NCBI GenBank assembly: GCA_903844845.1
Contig: CAIMVG010000008.1
Location: 12,672 to 76,671 of the forward strand
Source: an uncultured Dehalococcoidia bacterium
GTDB lineage: Bacteria > Chloroflexota > Dehalococcoidia > Dehalococcoidales > UBA1222
Direction of reading: 5' to 3'
DNA length: 64,000 bases
The notes under the pieces are model-generated. The model worked only from the letters and a program-made list of their open reading frames with translations. It was not told the DNA's origin and did not search any database. Shown piece after piece: positions 41,592-50,517 of the stretch (positions are counted from its first letter, which is position 1; each line of letters starts with the position of its first letter). Both the position numbers and the translations under genes were made by a program.

Positions 41592-41999
41592 CTATGATAT
41601 TGCCCTGGCGATAAAATAGCCTGCCGATGCGACCGCGGCTGAAAGTACGGTGCCCCACGCGATATCAACGACGGTCAGTATAGCCGGCCAGTTATTAAGG
41701 GTTGCCAGATTGCTGAGGTCATAGGTGGCATAGGCCACCATCCCGAGGAGCCCTCCGGCCAGCATGGCGCGCAGCCATGAGCCTTTATCGACGGCCGGAA
41801 GAACGACCAGCACCAGCATCCCGACTATAAAGATAAAATAAAATAATATCGCCGGCGCCCAGTTTACTTTGTCGCTCATCAATCCTGCCAAACGGGGCTT
41901 GTAAAAACGTGAATTCATCACGCTGAGCCATATCAAGTCGATGCCGAAACAAACCGCGAGTGTGGAGAAATATAACACGAGTGTTTTAAAAAAACCCAT
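41592..41999 (-). CDS. DUF2177 membrane protein
   Basis: YDLSNLATLNNWPAILTVVDIAWGTVLSA is typical of DUF2177. Lies 56 nt upstream of the heliorhodopsin gene on the same strand. Confidence 0.8.
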   Translation of the reverse strand: MGFFKTLVLYFSTLAVCFGIDLIWLSVMNSRFYKPRLAGLMSDKVNWAPAILFYFIFIVGMLVLVVLPAVDKGSWLRAMLAGGLLGMVAYATYDLSNLATLNNWPAILTVVDIAWGTVLSAAVASAGYFIARAIS

Positions 42000-42036
42000 A
42001 TCTCCAAGCCCCCTTCAAGGATGTTTTTGCATCATT

Positions 42037-42065
42037 ATATTACTTATGAGTATCCGGATAGTCAA
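42037..42065 (-). promoter_or_regulatory. Promoter of the DUF2177-heliorhodopsin pair
   Basis: Gene strand: TTGACT, 17 nt, TAATAT, about 37 nt before the DUF2177 ATG. Confidence 0.45.
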
Positions 42066-42273
42066 TGGTTACAATCTATAGGTTCGCAGCATCCTGTATT
42101 ACCTCACCGTTATACCAAGCGCCCCCCATACTGCCCGACCCACCCGAGGACTTTTATCCGTAATAATTTATAAAAATGTCATAATTACTGAACTATTGTT
42201 ATGACTCCTTGATACACCCGGGCATATTATTTATCCAAACTTATTTGAAAAAATGAGGAAAAGAAGGTGCTGG

Positions 42274-42807
42274 ATGAAAAACAGATTTGGTCAAAAATTG
42301 TTTAAAGGATTGGTTCTGAGTTTGGTGTGTTTGATTGTGTCAGGAACATTAATTATCGGCGGCTGTTCGAACGCCGGGCCTTCGAAGACCTCGACTTCTT
42401 CAACTCCAACAACGCAATCTAATACCACCAGCGCAGCCCCTGCGACAAGCAGCACACAAAGTACCACCAGTCCTGCAACCACCAAGATCAACACCCCAAC
42501 TACCAGTATCACCAATCCGGCGACGAGCAGCAGTAAGCCCCCTACTTCAACTCCCTCCTCAACATCGCCTCAAATTGTCGCAAAGGAATTTTCTTTCATC
42601 CCGCAAACCATAACCGTTGCCGTTGGCACAACAATCACATGGATCAACGACGGCTCCGAAGAGCATACTGTGTCGAGTGACACCGGTATATTTTCAGGCG
42701 TTATAAGCCCGGGGAAAACTTTCAGCTACACGTTTACAACCGCTGGAGTGTTTAACTACCATTGCGGCATCCACCCGGAGATGATCGGGACAGTGACCGT
42801 TAAGTGA
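42274..42807 (+). CDS. Type-1 copper (plastocyanin/amicyanin-like cupredoxin) lipoprotein
   Basis: Lipobox IIGGC. T/S/P linker. Cu ligands H (EEHTV) and C-x2-H-x2-M (YHCGIHPEM). Confidence 0.85.
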   Translation: MKNRFGQKLFKGLVLSLVCLIVSGTLIIGGCSNAGPSKTSTSSTPTTQSNTTSAAPATSSTQSTTSPATTKINTPTTSITNPATSSSKPPTSTPSSTSPQIVAKEFSFIPQTITVAVGTTITWINDGSEEHTVSSDTGIFSGVISPGKTFSYTFTTAGVFNYHCGIHPEMIGTVTVK

Positions 42808-42835
42808 TAGTCCCTTAGGACTTTGAGGCAGAAAT

Positions 42836-43231
42836 ATGAAAAAGGTGAACTGGCCGATTTTGACGGCCGCCATGTTTTGCGCGGTGTTCTTTACCAATGC
42901 CTGTAACGCAAACGCGACGACGGTGTCGACCAGCACTGCTCCGATCAGCGCCAGCGTGTGCCTTACAACCGCAGGCAGCGCTACTGTTAACATCATGAAC
43001 AACGCATTTCAACCCCAGATGATGACAGCCAGAGTCGGCACTACGGTCACCTTTAACAATAAGATGGGCCCGCTTACCCTTATAGGGAACAGCGGTTTTA
43101 TGATGGGGACCTTCGGCGGGATGATGATGCAGACCGGGGGAACTTATCAGTACACATTCAGTTCTCCAGGTGTTTACGTGATTTCCGCGGAGGGCCAAAG
43201 CTTTGTATGTACGATCACGGTTATCGCATAG
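42836..43231 (+). CDS. Cupredoxin-like protein lacking the type-1 Cu ligands, Met-rich
   Basis: Same fold register as the upstream gene (VGTTVTFNN versus VGTTITWIN), but the His/Cys/His/Met set is absent. Met-rich loop GFMMGTFGGMMMQTGG. Confidence 0.65.
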   Translation: MKKVNWPILTAAMFCAVFFTNACNANATTVSTSTAPISASVCLTTAGSATVNIMNNAFQPQMMTARVGTTVTFNNKMGPLTLIGNSGFMMGTFGGMMMQTGGTYQYTFSSPGVYVISAEGQSFVCTITVIA

Positions 43232-43342
43232 CCCTGGTAAACGCTGATTAAAATAAGTTGTCCAAAGATGCGAGAAAATCGACAGGCCGCATCTTGAAAA
43301 CCTGCTGATTTTTGATTTGGGATAACGCGACCGGAGGGGAAA

Positions 43343-43738
43343 ATGCGCTGGGTATTTTGGACGATAGGAGCGGCTTTACTGATAACAGCCGCCGTTTTTA
43401 TACGGCACCCGACAGCTCTGTACGACTACAAAGGCTTTGCGGTAGTCACAGTAGAGAAAGCGCTCCAGATCGAGGCTGAACGCGGAAACCAGATAGTCAC
43501 TTTCGACAAAGCAACCGATACTGCGTCTTTATATTATGATTTCTCCGACACCAAGCAAGGAGACTATGGATTTACCGGGGTACTGCATTACAATCCCTCC
43601 GGTTGGTTAATCATATTCGGGGTATTCGGTCTGTTCTCAACCGGGTTTGGATTCATAACCTGGGATGAGAGCCGGGCGTTTATTTTAAGGTGTTTACCCG
43701 GCGGAAAGAATAGAGGAGGCAAGTCTTGTTCCGAATGA
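43343..43738 (+). CDS. Hypothetical membrane protein
   Basis: ORF with N-terminal and central TM helices. GGAGGGG RBS. Confidence 0.5.
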   Translation: MRWVFWTIGAALLITAAVFIRHPTALYDYKGFAVVTVEKALQIEAERGNQIVTFDKATDTASLYYDFSDTKQGDYGFTGVLHYNPSGWLIIFGVFGLFSTGFGFITWDESRAFILRCLPGGKNRGGKSCSE

Positions 43739-43755
43739 TTGGACCGGATTTATAA

Positions 43756-44199
43756 ATGATGTATTGCTGTAAAACCAAATGGCTGCTTTCCATAGCGATT
43801 GCCGGATGCATACTGGTCGTGCCAGGTCTCAATGCCGGTTGCCAGCATTCCACAACGACGTCTAACAACACCGCATCGACATCACCGCCGGCAACGACCT
43901 CTATCGTCCGCATCCCTGCCCAACAGTTGTATGACGAATATCATTCCGACAAAGCGCAGGCCGACCTGCGATATAAGGAGAAAACCATCCAGGTGACCGG
44001 CGTGATAACCGAAGTTTCCGATGCAAGCCACCAGGAATTCTCAATGGGTGTAAACGGCGGGTCGATAGAATTTTTCGCCAGTTCGATAACAGCATTTGTC
44101 AAAGCAGTTAAAGGGAAGACAGTAACTGCCCAGGGTATCTGCCAGGGGATTTCACTAAACGGAAACCCGAGCCTGGCCTATGTGTCGATAGTTTCCTGA
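43756..44199 (+). CDS. OB-fold (tRNA_anti-like) surface lipoprotein
   Basis: Lipobox LNAGC. QLYDEYHSDKAQADLRYKEKTIQVTGVI is typical of this family. Confidence 0.65.
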   Translation: MMYCCKTKWLLSIAIAGCILVVPGLNAGCQHSTTTSNNTASTSPPATTSIVRIPAQQLYDEYHSDKAQADLRYKEKTIQVTGVITEVSDASHQEFSMGVNGGSIEFFASSITAFVKAVKGKTVTAQGICQGISLNGNPSLAYVSIVS

Positions 44200-44283
44200 G
44201 CCGACATCGAATCATCTGGCAGGAACATCAGTTTAAACGATATGCGCCAAAGGCATAGCTGCGTAAAGGGACGGTGAGCTAAG

Positions 44284-45630
44284 ATGGCAAAACGTTCATA
44301 CCTGATCACCAGAAGGGACTTTTTAAAAGCCATGGCGGCTGCGGCAGTTGCAGCTGCTGCAGGGGGAAGCCTGACGTTTCAGGGATCCTGTAAAAAAGCC
44401 CCGGCCATCCCCAAGGGCCTGGAAAAAATCGACCACTTCATATTCATCATGCAGGAGAACCAGAGTTTCGACCACTACTTCGGCACTTACCCCGGCGCCG
44501 ACGGCCCCCCTCCCGGCACCGCACTCCTCGATCCTACCGACAACACCATGGTTCCCTTTTACCACCTGACCTCTGACGTAGATTTTGATGCGCCGCATGA
44601 TTGGTTCAACGCCCAGGCGGACATCAATGGCGGCAAGATGGACGGTTTCCTGGCCCAGGCTTACACTCGGTATGCTCTGACAGTTCCTTCCTACAGCACT
44701 CAACCAGGGTACAATCCCAAGGAAATCATGGGATATTACGACGGCAGCGACATCCCCAACTTCTGGAACTACGCGCGCCTTTACACGCTTCAGGACCATA
44801 TGTTCGAATCGGTTGCGGCCTACAGCCTGCCTTCACACCTTTACATGATGGCGGCCCAGGCAGGAGGCTACCTGGGGACACCGCAGCCTTATCCCACAGA
44901 GTTCGATTTCCCCGAGATAACAGAACTTCTGGCGAATGAGAATATTTCGTGGAATTATTACGTGACATCAGGCAAGAGCCTCGACAGCCAGGGCCAGGCC
45001 ATCGGCTCAGCAGCAGACCAGGCGAACGACCCCGACCAGTTCACGTTGTGGAACCCTCTGCCCGCGTTCCCCAAAGTCCAGAACGACGACAGCCAGAGGG
45101 TGCGGATGGTCGACACCGCACAGTTCTATCTCGATGCCAAGGCCGGGACGCTGCCTTCAGTAAGCTGGATTTGCCCATTCTTCCTGAATCCGCTCAGCGA
45201 CCATCCGGCTTTCAAGGGCGGCACCCGCAACTGCATGGCCTATGTCACCGGATTAATAAACGCGGTGCAGCAGAGCCCCAACTGGGAGTCCAGCGCCATT
45301 TTCGTCTCTTGGGACGATTGGGGCGGCTATTACGACCACGTGCCGCCACCCAAAGTTGACATCTACGGGTACGGCCTCAGGGTGCCGAGCTTCGTCGTCA
45401 GCCCGTACGCCAAACAGGGTTATATAGACAAAAAGGTTTATTCCTTCGATTCCTGGCTTAAAACGATCGAACAACGCTGGGGCATCGCCTCGATGACAAA
45501 ACGCGACCAGAATGCCCTCGACATGATGGACTGTTTCGACTTCACCCAGCTGCCCCGCTCACCCGTCATCTTCGACCCGACGACAAAGGGAACGCCTTAC
45601 CCTTGCCCGCTGCAAACGATAAAACACTGA
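44284..45630 (+). CDS. Tat-exported phosphoesterase family protein (phospholipase C / acid phosphatase AcpA-like)
   Basis: TRRDFLKAMAAAAV Tat signal. IDHFIFIMQENQSFDHYFGTYPG. Confidence 0.85.
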   Translation: MAKRSYLITRRDFLKAMAAAAVAAAAGGSLTFQGSCKKAPAIPKGLEKIDHFIFIMQENQSFDHYFGTYPGADGPPPGTALLDPTDNTMVPFYHLTSDVDFDAPHDWFNAQADINGGKMDGFLAQAYTRYALTVPSYSTQPGYNPKEIMGYYDGSDIPNFWNYARLYTLQDHMFESVAAYSLPSHLYMMAAQAGGYLGTPQPYPTEFDFPEITELLANENISWNYYVTSGKSLDSQGQAIGSAADQANDPDQFTLWNPLPAFPKVQNDDSQRVRMVDTAQFYLDAKAGTLPSVSWICPFFLNPLSDHPAFKGGTRNCMAYVTGLINAVQQSPNWESSAIFVSWDDWGGYYDHVPPPKVDIYGYGLRVPSFVVSPYAKQGYIDKKVYSFDSWLKTIEQRWGIASMTKRDQNALDMMDCFDFTQLPRSPVIFDPTTKGTPYPCPLQTIKH

Positions 45631-45642
45631 GATATACCGAAC

Positions 45643-46245
45643 ATGCGCACCATAACAGCACCCAAACCCAAGGTCCAGCGGCAAAAAACATTTAAAGCGG
45701 CTGTTGCGGTCATGTGTGTGTGCGTCGGCATACTGGCTACGTTTTTTGCAGCAGAGGGATGCAAGTCCAACGATGAAAGCGCCGCGCCCTCCAGCAGAAT
45801 CCTGATGTTCGACAACGTCACGCTTGCAACCGGGGACCTGCCGGAAATTTACGCCGACAGCGAAATCCCCACAGGGTCGTTCAACGAAGAGGGATATTAC
45901 TTAAGCCCGCGTTTCTACCTATTTACCGGAGACACCATCGAAGTCCGCATCACCAGCGACGCGCCGGTTAAGCTGTCGGCCAACTATTCGGATTCGGAAG
46001 GTTCCATACAAACCGGTCTGAACTCCATCAGTGAAGAGAACGAACCTTCGGCGAATATCAGCCTGGAGTATTTCGATGTCATCCAGGATACCAGCAGCGG
46101 CACTCTGTGGCAGTTAACCTATATCTTTCCGTCCAGCAAACTGCCGTCGAGCTACTACCAGATACCTTCCGGCTTCTACCAGTTGAGTATCTATAACGGC
46201 ACCGGGAAAGCCGCGCACTGCGAGTTCACTATCACGCTGGAATAA
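45643..46245 (+). CDS. Hypothetical secreted/lipoprotein
   Basis: Signal-like VGILATFFAAEGC. No family recognised. Confidence 0.55.
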   Translation: MRTITAPKPKVQRQKTFKAAVAVMCVCVGILATFFAAEGCKSNDESAAPSSRILMFDNVTLATGDLPEIYADSEIPTGSFNEEGYYLSPRFYLFTGDTIEVRITSDAPVKLSANYSDSEGSIQTGLNSISEENEPSANISLEYFDVIQDTSSGTLWQLTYIFPSSKLPSSYYQIPSGFYQLSIYNGTGKAAHCEFTITLE

Positions 46246-46294
46246 AAACGGTGAAAAGCTTCCTTCTTGCAGGCGAATCGAAAGTGGGGGTTAT

Positions 46295-46723
46295 ATGAAA
46301 AAAATATTGTTTGCGGGCGTCATTCTTTCGCTGGTGCTGCCATGGGCTGTCATCGGCGGCTGCAAGTCAACGACGGTGACAATGACAATCGTATCCGTAG
46401 ACACTTTCGCTTTCGCCAGGCAACCGGCCGGGGCAGTCGCCGGTGCCAAATTTTCCACCCAACCGGTTGTACATGTCACCGATGAAAACGGGATACTCGA
46501 TGTCAAATACAACAGCTTTGTGACTTTATCGATAGCATCGAACCTGGATCCTACCGGGGCCGAACTGAAAGGCACTACAACAGTAATCGCCGTAGACGGG
46601 GTCGCCACTTTTACCGACCTGTCTATCGACCTGCCCGGGAACGGATATGCCCTAATGGTGACCAACGAAAGTATGACCCCAATCCTGAGCGAGGTCTTCA
46701 ACGTGGGCCCTGCCACAACCTAA
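46295..46723 (+). CDS. Ig-like surface lipoprotein
   Basis: Lipobox VIGGC. QPAGAVAGAKFSTQPVVHVTDENG...AVDGVATFTDLSIDLPGNGYAL resembles Ig-like cell-surface repeats. Confidence 0.6.
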   Translation: MKKILFAGVILSLVLPWAVIGGCKSTTVTMTIVSVDTFAFARQPAGAVAGAKFSTQPVVHVTDENGILDVKYNSFVTLSIASNLDPTGAELKGTTTVIAVDGVATFTDLSIDLPGNGYALMVTNESMTPILSEVFNVGPATT

Positions 46724-46741
46724 CGGACCGATTTTCCCGTT

Positions 46742-46921
46742 TTAGTTCACTTCAGCAGTAGCACAACAAGGGGGCAATACATCACCGCTATTGTCCGCCA
46801 CCATGCCGCATCCGCAGCACTGGGAGCTTTTGGGCGAAACCGCAAAAAAGACGAACAAACCAAGGACAGCGACGATAACGACACTACCGCAGACCGTTAA
46901 TATTGTTTTGACCATCTCCAT
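46742..46921 (-). CDS. Small membrane-anchored Cys-rich peptide (59 aa)
   Basis: ATG at 46921 sits just after AGAGGA, which overlaps the upstream stop. One TM helix, then SQCCGCGMVADNSGDVLPPCCATAEVN. Confidence 0.5.
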   Translation of the reverse strand: MEMVKTILTVCGSVVIVAVLGLFVFFAVSPKSSQCCGCGMVADNSGDVLPPCCATAEVN

Positions 46922-46926
46922 GTCCT

Positions 46927-47202
46927 CTAGCTGAAAAACGGGCGTTGAAAAAGGTAGCGCACCCATCTGACCGTCAATATGACGATGTCCAGCAGCGAGC
47001 CTATGACGCCCATGACCCCCAGCTGTTTGAGGAACTCGGTGAGGGCTTGCCGGGTGTTGGGCAACATGTTGTAATGATCGACCATCCGGTCATAAGCCCC
47101 CAGTGTGTTCAAAGCGTAAAAAGCGGTCAGCAGGGCAAATATGACGAGACTTCCCTGAACGATTCCCCAGAACAACTTCACGTTTTTATTCATAACGCAC
47201 AA
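46927..47202 (-). CDS. Small two-TM membrane protein, unknown
   Basis: ORF with two hydrophobic helices, immediately upstream of the Cys-rich peptide gene. Start may be ATG 47193. Confidence 0.5.
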   Translation of the reverse strand: MCVMNKNVKLFWGIVQGSLVIFALLTAFYALNTLGAYDRMVDHYNMLPNTRQALTEFLKQLGVMGVIGSLLDIVILTVRWVRYLFQRPFFS

Positions 47203-47503
47203 ATTAGCATCGAAATGGCCTCATGTCAATATAAACAGAACGGACCTGAACTTACGAATCGGACCACTATATATATTATTGTGTAATGTTATTATACATT
47301 TTTGTTGTTATAACGCCTGGTCCATTCGTAGAAAGTACTTGCAAAAATCCAAATTCTATATTATTATCTTATAGAGTATATAAAATTAACTATGGTTTAC
47401 GATTCGTTGCAGGAGGTGCCGCTATTTTAATAAAAGCCATCTCAACACCATTCGAAAGAAAATATTGATCGGTATAATAAATAGAAGGAGGAACGATCCC
47501 GTT

Positions 47504-48214
47504 ATGAAACTCGTCCAAAACAAATGGCTGTTAACCGCCGCCCTGGCCCTGGTACTGGTTGTTACTATTTTGCCCGCCTGTTCCAAATCTGACACCGTTA
47601 CCGTGACCGGCGCGAACGCCACAGTCACCGTCACCGCCACCGGCGACGTTCAACCCACCGAAGCCAATCCCGTGGTATTCGATCCCGCAAAACAAGAATT
47701 ACGCCTGGCTGCCAAAGTCAATGGCGTGGCCTTCACCCAACCCACGTGGCATGCCGTCGTATACACCGGCGGCAAGGCGGCCGGAGCCGCCCTTTTCCAG
47801 GCCTTCATCACACCTGACCAGTTCTATGCGTTCCTCACCTACTTCGGCGGAATCCCAGGCAATAACATGCCGGCACCCACCGACAACTACAACGATACCT
47901 ACGTAAAAGGTTCCAATGTATCAATCAGCGTAACATGGGCCGGCGCTGCCAAGACTTATGCTCTTAACGACGTGGTCAAGAATCCGGCTACCAAAGCCAT
48001 CCAGATGAAATTCGGCGGCAACCTTGCCGTCAACCAGGGTGCAGGTACCGGCTGCATCGCCTGCTTCTACAGCTGCCCCATCGGCATCGTCAGCAACGCA
48101 TCCTATAACGGTACAGACCTGAAAGGACAATCAACGGCTGGGTTCCTTGGCAACAGTACCATCTTACCCAAGGACGGTTCCATCGTCGTTCTCACCTTCA
48201 AAGTAACTGCCTAG
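47504..48214 (+). CDS. Lipoprotein with CxxCxxxC motif (possibly YdjY-like)
   Basis: AGGAGGA RBS. Lipobox ILPAC. GTGCIACFYSCPIG near the C-terminus. The YdjY similarity comes from memory of the family name only. Confidence 0.6.
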   Translation: MKLVQNKWLLTAALALVLVVTILPACSKSDTVTVTGANATVTVTATGDVQPTEANPVVFDPAKQELRLAAKVNGVAFTQPTWHAVVYTGGKAAGAALFQAFITPDQFYAFLTYFGGIPGNNMPAPTDNYNDTYVKGSNVSISVTWAGAAKTYALNDVVKNPATKAIQMKFGGNLAVNQGAGTGCIACFYSCPIGIVSNASYNGTDLKGQSTAGFLGNSTILPKDGSIVVLTFKVTA

Positions 48215-48243
48215 CCTCCATTTTTCTCCGTAAAATAAGGAAA

Positions 48244-48270
48244 TAGCAGCCCGCCTGAGGCGGGCTGCTA
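48244..48270 (+). terminator. Hairpin after the lipoprotein gene
   Basis: TAGCAGCCCGC-CTGAG-GCGGGCTGCTA, an 11-bp stem. Confidence 0.5.
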
Positions 48271-48292
48271 AATCCCTTAAAAGGACTTTCAA

Positions 48293-48925
48293 ATGTCGGA
48301 AGACGCAATTGCAGTCGGCCGTAAACTTCAGGATTACCTGGGCATGCCCGACCGCCCGGTCGGAGTTAAAGTTCTGCGTTTCGGGGAATTGCCGGACACC
48401 TCCCTTTTCGACAAGCTGCCGGCCCGCGCGCCGTTTTGCCGCTATGTCTCTGAGGCCGCCAAAGGCAAGAACTTTATCATGGCGCTGAACGACCTCAAGT
48501 GCAATAACGCGGAACTCACGCTGGGTTTACGCGAACCGCACTACGGCGAAGTAGAACTGCGCATCCCCGGCAAGGTAGCCGCACTGCGCATCGGCCCGCT
48601 GGAAGGGTCGGACGTGGTCATGATGGTGCTGCAGCCGGGGCATGTGATGACGGCATCCCTGATTATCGAGGACATCCAGATGCGTTTCCGGCGCAACCGT
48701 GCGGTGTGCGGAGACAGTATGACCGAGGTTTTCAACAGCGGTAAGCCCCGCATCACCTTCCTGTGCGTCGGCTCGCGCACATCGGGCGGTCTCAATAACG
48801 ACGAAATGGTCTTATCGTTGCCTTATTCGCAATTTATGGAACTCCCGTCTAAAATGAGCAAACTGGCCCAGATGAGCCGGAAAGCGCAGGACAGCCTGAC
48901 GCACCGGCTGGCCAAAATACATTAG
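48293..48925 (+). CDS. DUF169 protein
   Basis: PVGVKVL...APFCRYV...LKCNNAELTLGL pattern of DUF169. Confidence 0.7.
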   Translation: MSEDAIAVGRKLQDYLGMPDRPVGVKVLRFGELPDTSLFDKLPARAPFCRYVSEAAKGKNFIMALNDLKCNNAELTLGLREPHYGEVELRIPGKVAALRIGPLEGSDVVMMVLQPGHVMTASLIIEDIQMRFRRNRAVCGDSMTEVFNSGKPRITFLCVGSRTSGGLNNDEMVLSLPYSQFMELPSKMSKLAQMSRKAQDSLTHRLAKIH

Positions 48926-48942
48926 GATTGCAGCAGCCCTGA

Positions 48943-50517
48943 ATGAACAATATTACCTGCGATAACAAGGCAGACTCCCGCCGCCGCCTGGGGCAGGGGA
49001 GCATATTATATTCCCCGGCACTGGTGCAGCACGAGAGGGACAGCGTATTCCTGCTAATCGATCCGGCCTCTCCCAACTGGGCCAGCGCCAACAAATTGGG
49101 ATCGGCCATCATCCGCAGCTGCGACGCGAAACACACCTTGCGTGAGATCGCAGAGCGCGCCAGCCTGGAGTACGGACTGCCGGAACACACCGTAGTTTCT
49201 TTTATCGAGCAGGCAGCGCAGGCCGGCTTTGTGTCGGAAAGCCCGGATACCTCCCCGGCTTATGCCGGCCGCGCCGGCGTCATCGCCCCGTCAGCCCTTG
49301 AAGAATTATGGATCTATACCAACACCTCCTGCCCTTTGCGCTGCCGCCACTGCCTGGTGGACGGCGGGGAGGGATCCGCATCGATTATGGGTGCGGACGA
49401 AATTATAAAACTGGTGGATGACGCCGTCGCACTGGGCTGCGGGCGTATCTATTTCACCGGCGGCGAGCCCTTCATGCGGGGAGATATCCTCAAGCTCGCC
49501 GATTATGTCACGGCACGCGCCCAGCTCGTCATACTGACCAGCGGGGTGCTTATCAACGACGAACTGGCTGCCAGTCTGAAATCGCTGTCCCGCGGCAACC
49601 TGATAATACAGGTCAGCCTGGAGGGGCCCGACACGGAAACCAACGACGCCATACGCGGCACAGGCAGTTTTGCGCGGGCGGTGAGCGGAATCACGTCACT
49701 CATCCGCACCGGAATCGTGCCGGTAGTGACCACAACACTAACGCGGCTGAACTATTTGAAAGCCCCGGAAACGACGCGGTTCCTGGCGACACTGGGAGTC
49801 AAAGACCACCATATCCTCTGGCTGCACCAGTGCGGGCGCATGCGCACGTCCAACGCCGAACTGATCCTCAGCGGGGAGGAAATAGCGCATATCATGGGCC
49901 TGCTGCGTGAAGCCGCCCTGGAAACGGGCATGGTAGTAGACAATCTGGAATCGCTGGCGGCGCGCATCAAGGGCCGAGGCCACAAGAACGACCTTTGCAA
50001 TTCCTGCTACGGAGTGCTGGCGGTGGGCACGGAGGGGCATGTTTATCCCTGTGCCTCGCTGGTAGGCACGCCGGAGTTCGACTGCGGTTCGGTCAAAGAC
50101 GAGGGGCTGAAGAATATCTGGCTCAGGTCGCCTAAAACCAACTGGATCCGCAGCAACTCGGTGCAGAAGAAAGCGGGCTGCAGTTCTTGCTATCTGAAAT
50201 TCTTCTGCGGCGGAGGGTGCTTCGCGCAGTCCTATTTCAATCATGAGATGACAACCGGTTCAGGCTGCATCATGGCCGGCGACCCTTATTGCGAGGTGTA
50301 TCGCTCGCAACTGCTGGAAGCCATGTGGCAATCGGCCATGCCGCCAGAGACAGAGAAGACCGAAGACCTGCCTTTGCTTTACAGGGTGATGGAAGCGAAA
50401 CTGCCCGGGTGCGCCGGGGGGAATTACACGACCCTCGATGCGGCCCACGACGTCGGCACTTACCACTGTTCGTGCGTGCTGGCGATGGACGTCGCCAATG
50501 ATGGAGGAGGAAGTTAA
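48943..50517 (+). CDS. Radical SAM / SPASM-domain enzyme with N-terminal PqqD-like (RRE) domain
   Basis: CPLRCRHC (CxxxCxxC). Auxiliary-cluster Cys CNSCYGV...YPCASL...CSSCYLKFFCGGGC. The N-terminal 100 aa (LIDPASPNWASANKLGSAIIRSCDAKHTLREIAERASLEYGLPEHTVVSFIEQAAQAGFV) are PqqD-like. Confidence 0.85.
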   Translation: MNNITCDNKADSRRRLGQGSILYSPALVQHERDSVFLLIDPASPNWASANKLGSAIIRSCDAKHTLREIAERASLEYGLPEHTVVSFIEQAAQAGFVSESPDTSPAYAGRAGVIAPSALEELWIYTNTSCPLRCRHCLVDGGEGSASIMGADEIIKLVDDAVALGCGRIYFTGGEPFMRGDILKLADYVTARAQLVILTSGVLINDELAASLKSLSRGNLIIQVSLEGPDTETNDAIRGTGSFARAVSGITSLIRTGIVPVVTTTLTRLNYLKAPETTRFLATLGVKDHHILWLHQCGRMRTSNAELILSGEEIAHIMGLLREAALETGMVVDNLESLAARIKGRGHKNDLCNSCYGVLAVGTEGHVYPCASLVGTPEFDCGSVKDEGLKNIWLRSPKTNWIRSNSVQKKAGCSSCYLKFFCGGGCFAQSYFNHEMTTGSGCIMAGDPYCEVYRSQLLEAMWQSAMPPETEKTEDLPLLYRVMEAKLPGCAGGNYTTLDAAHDVGTYHCSCVLAMDVANDGGGS

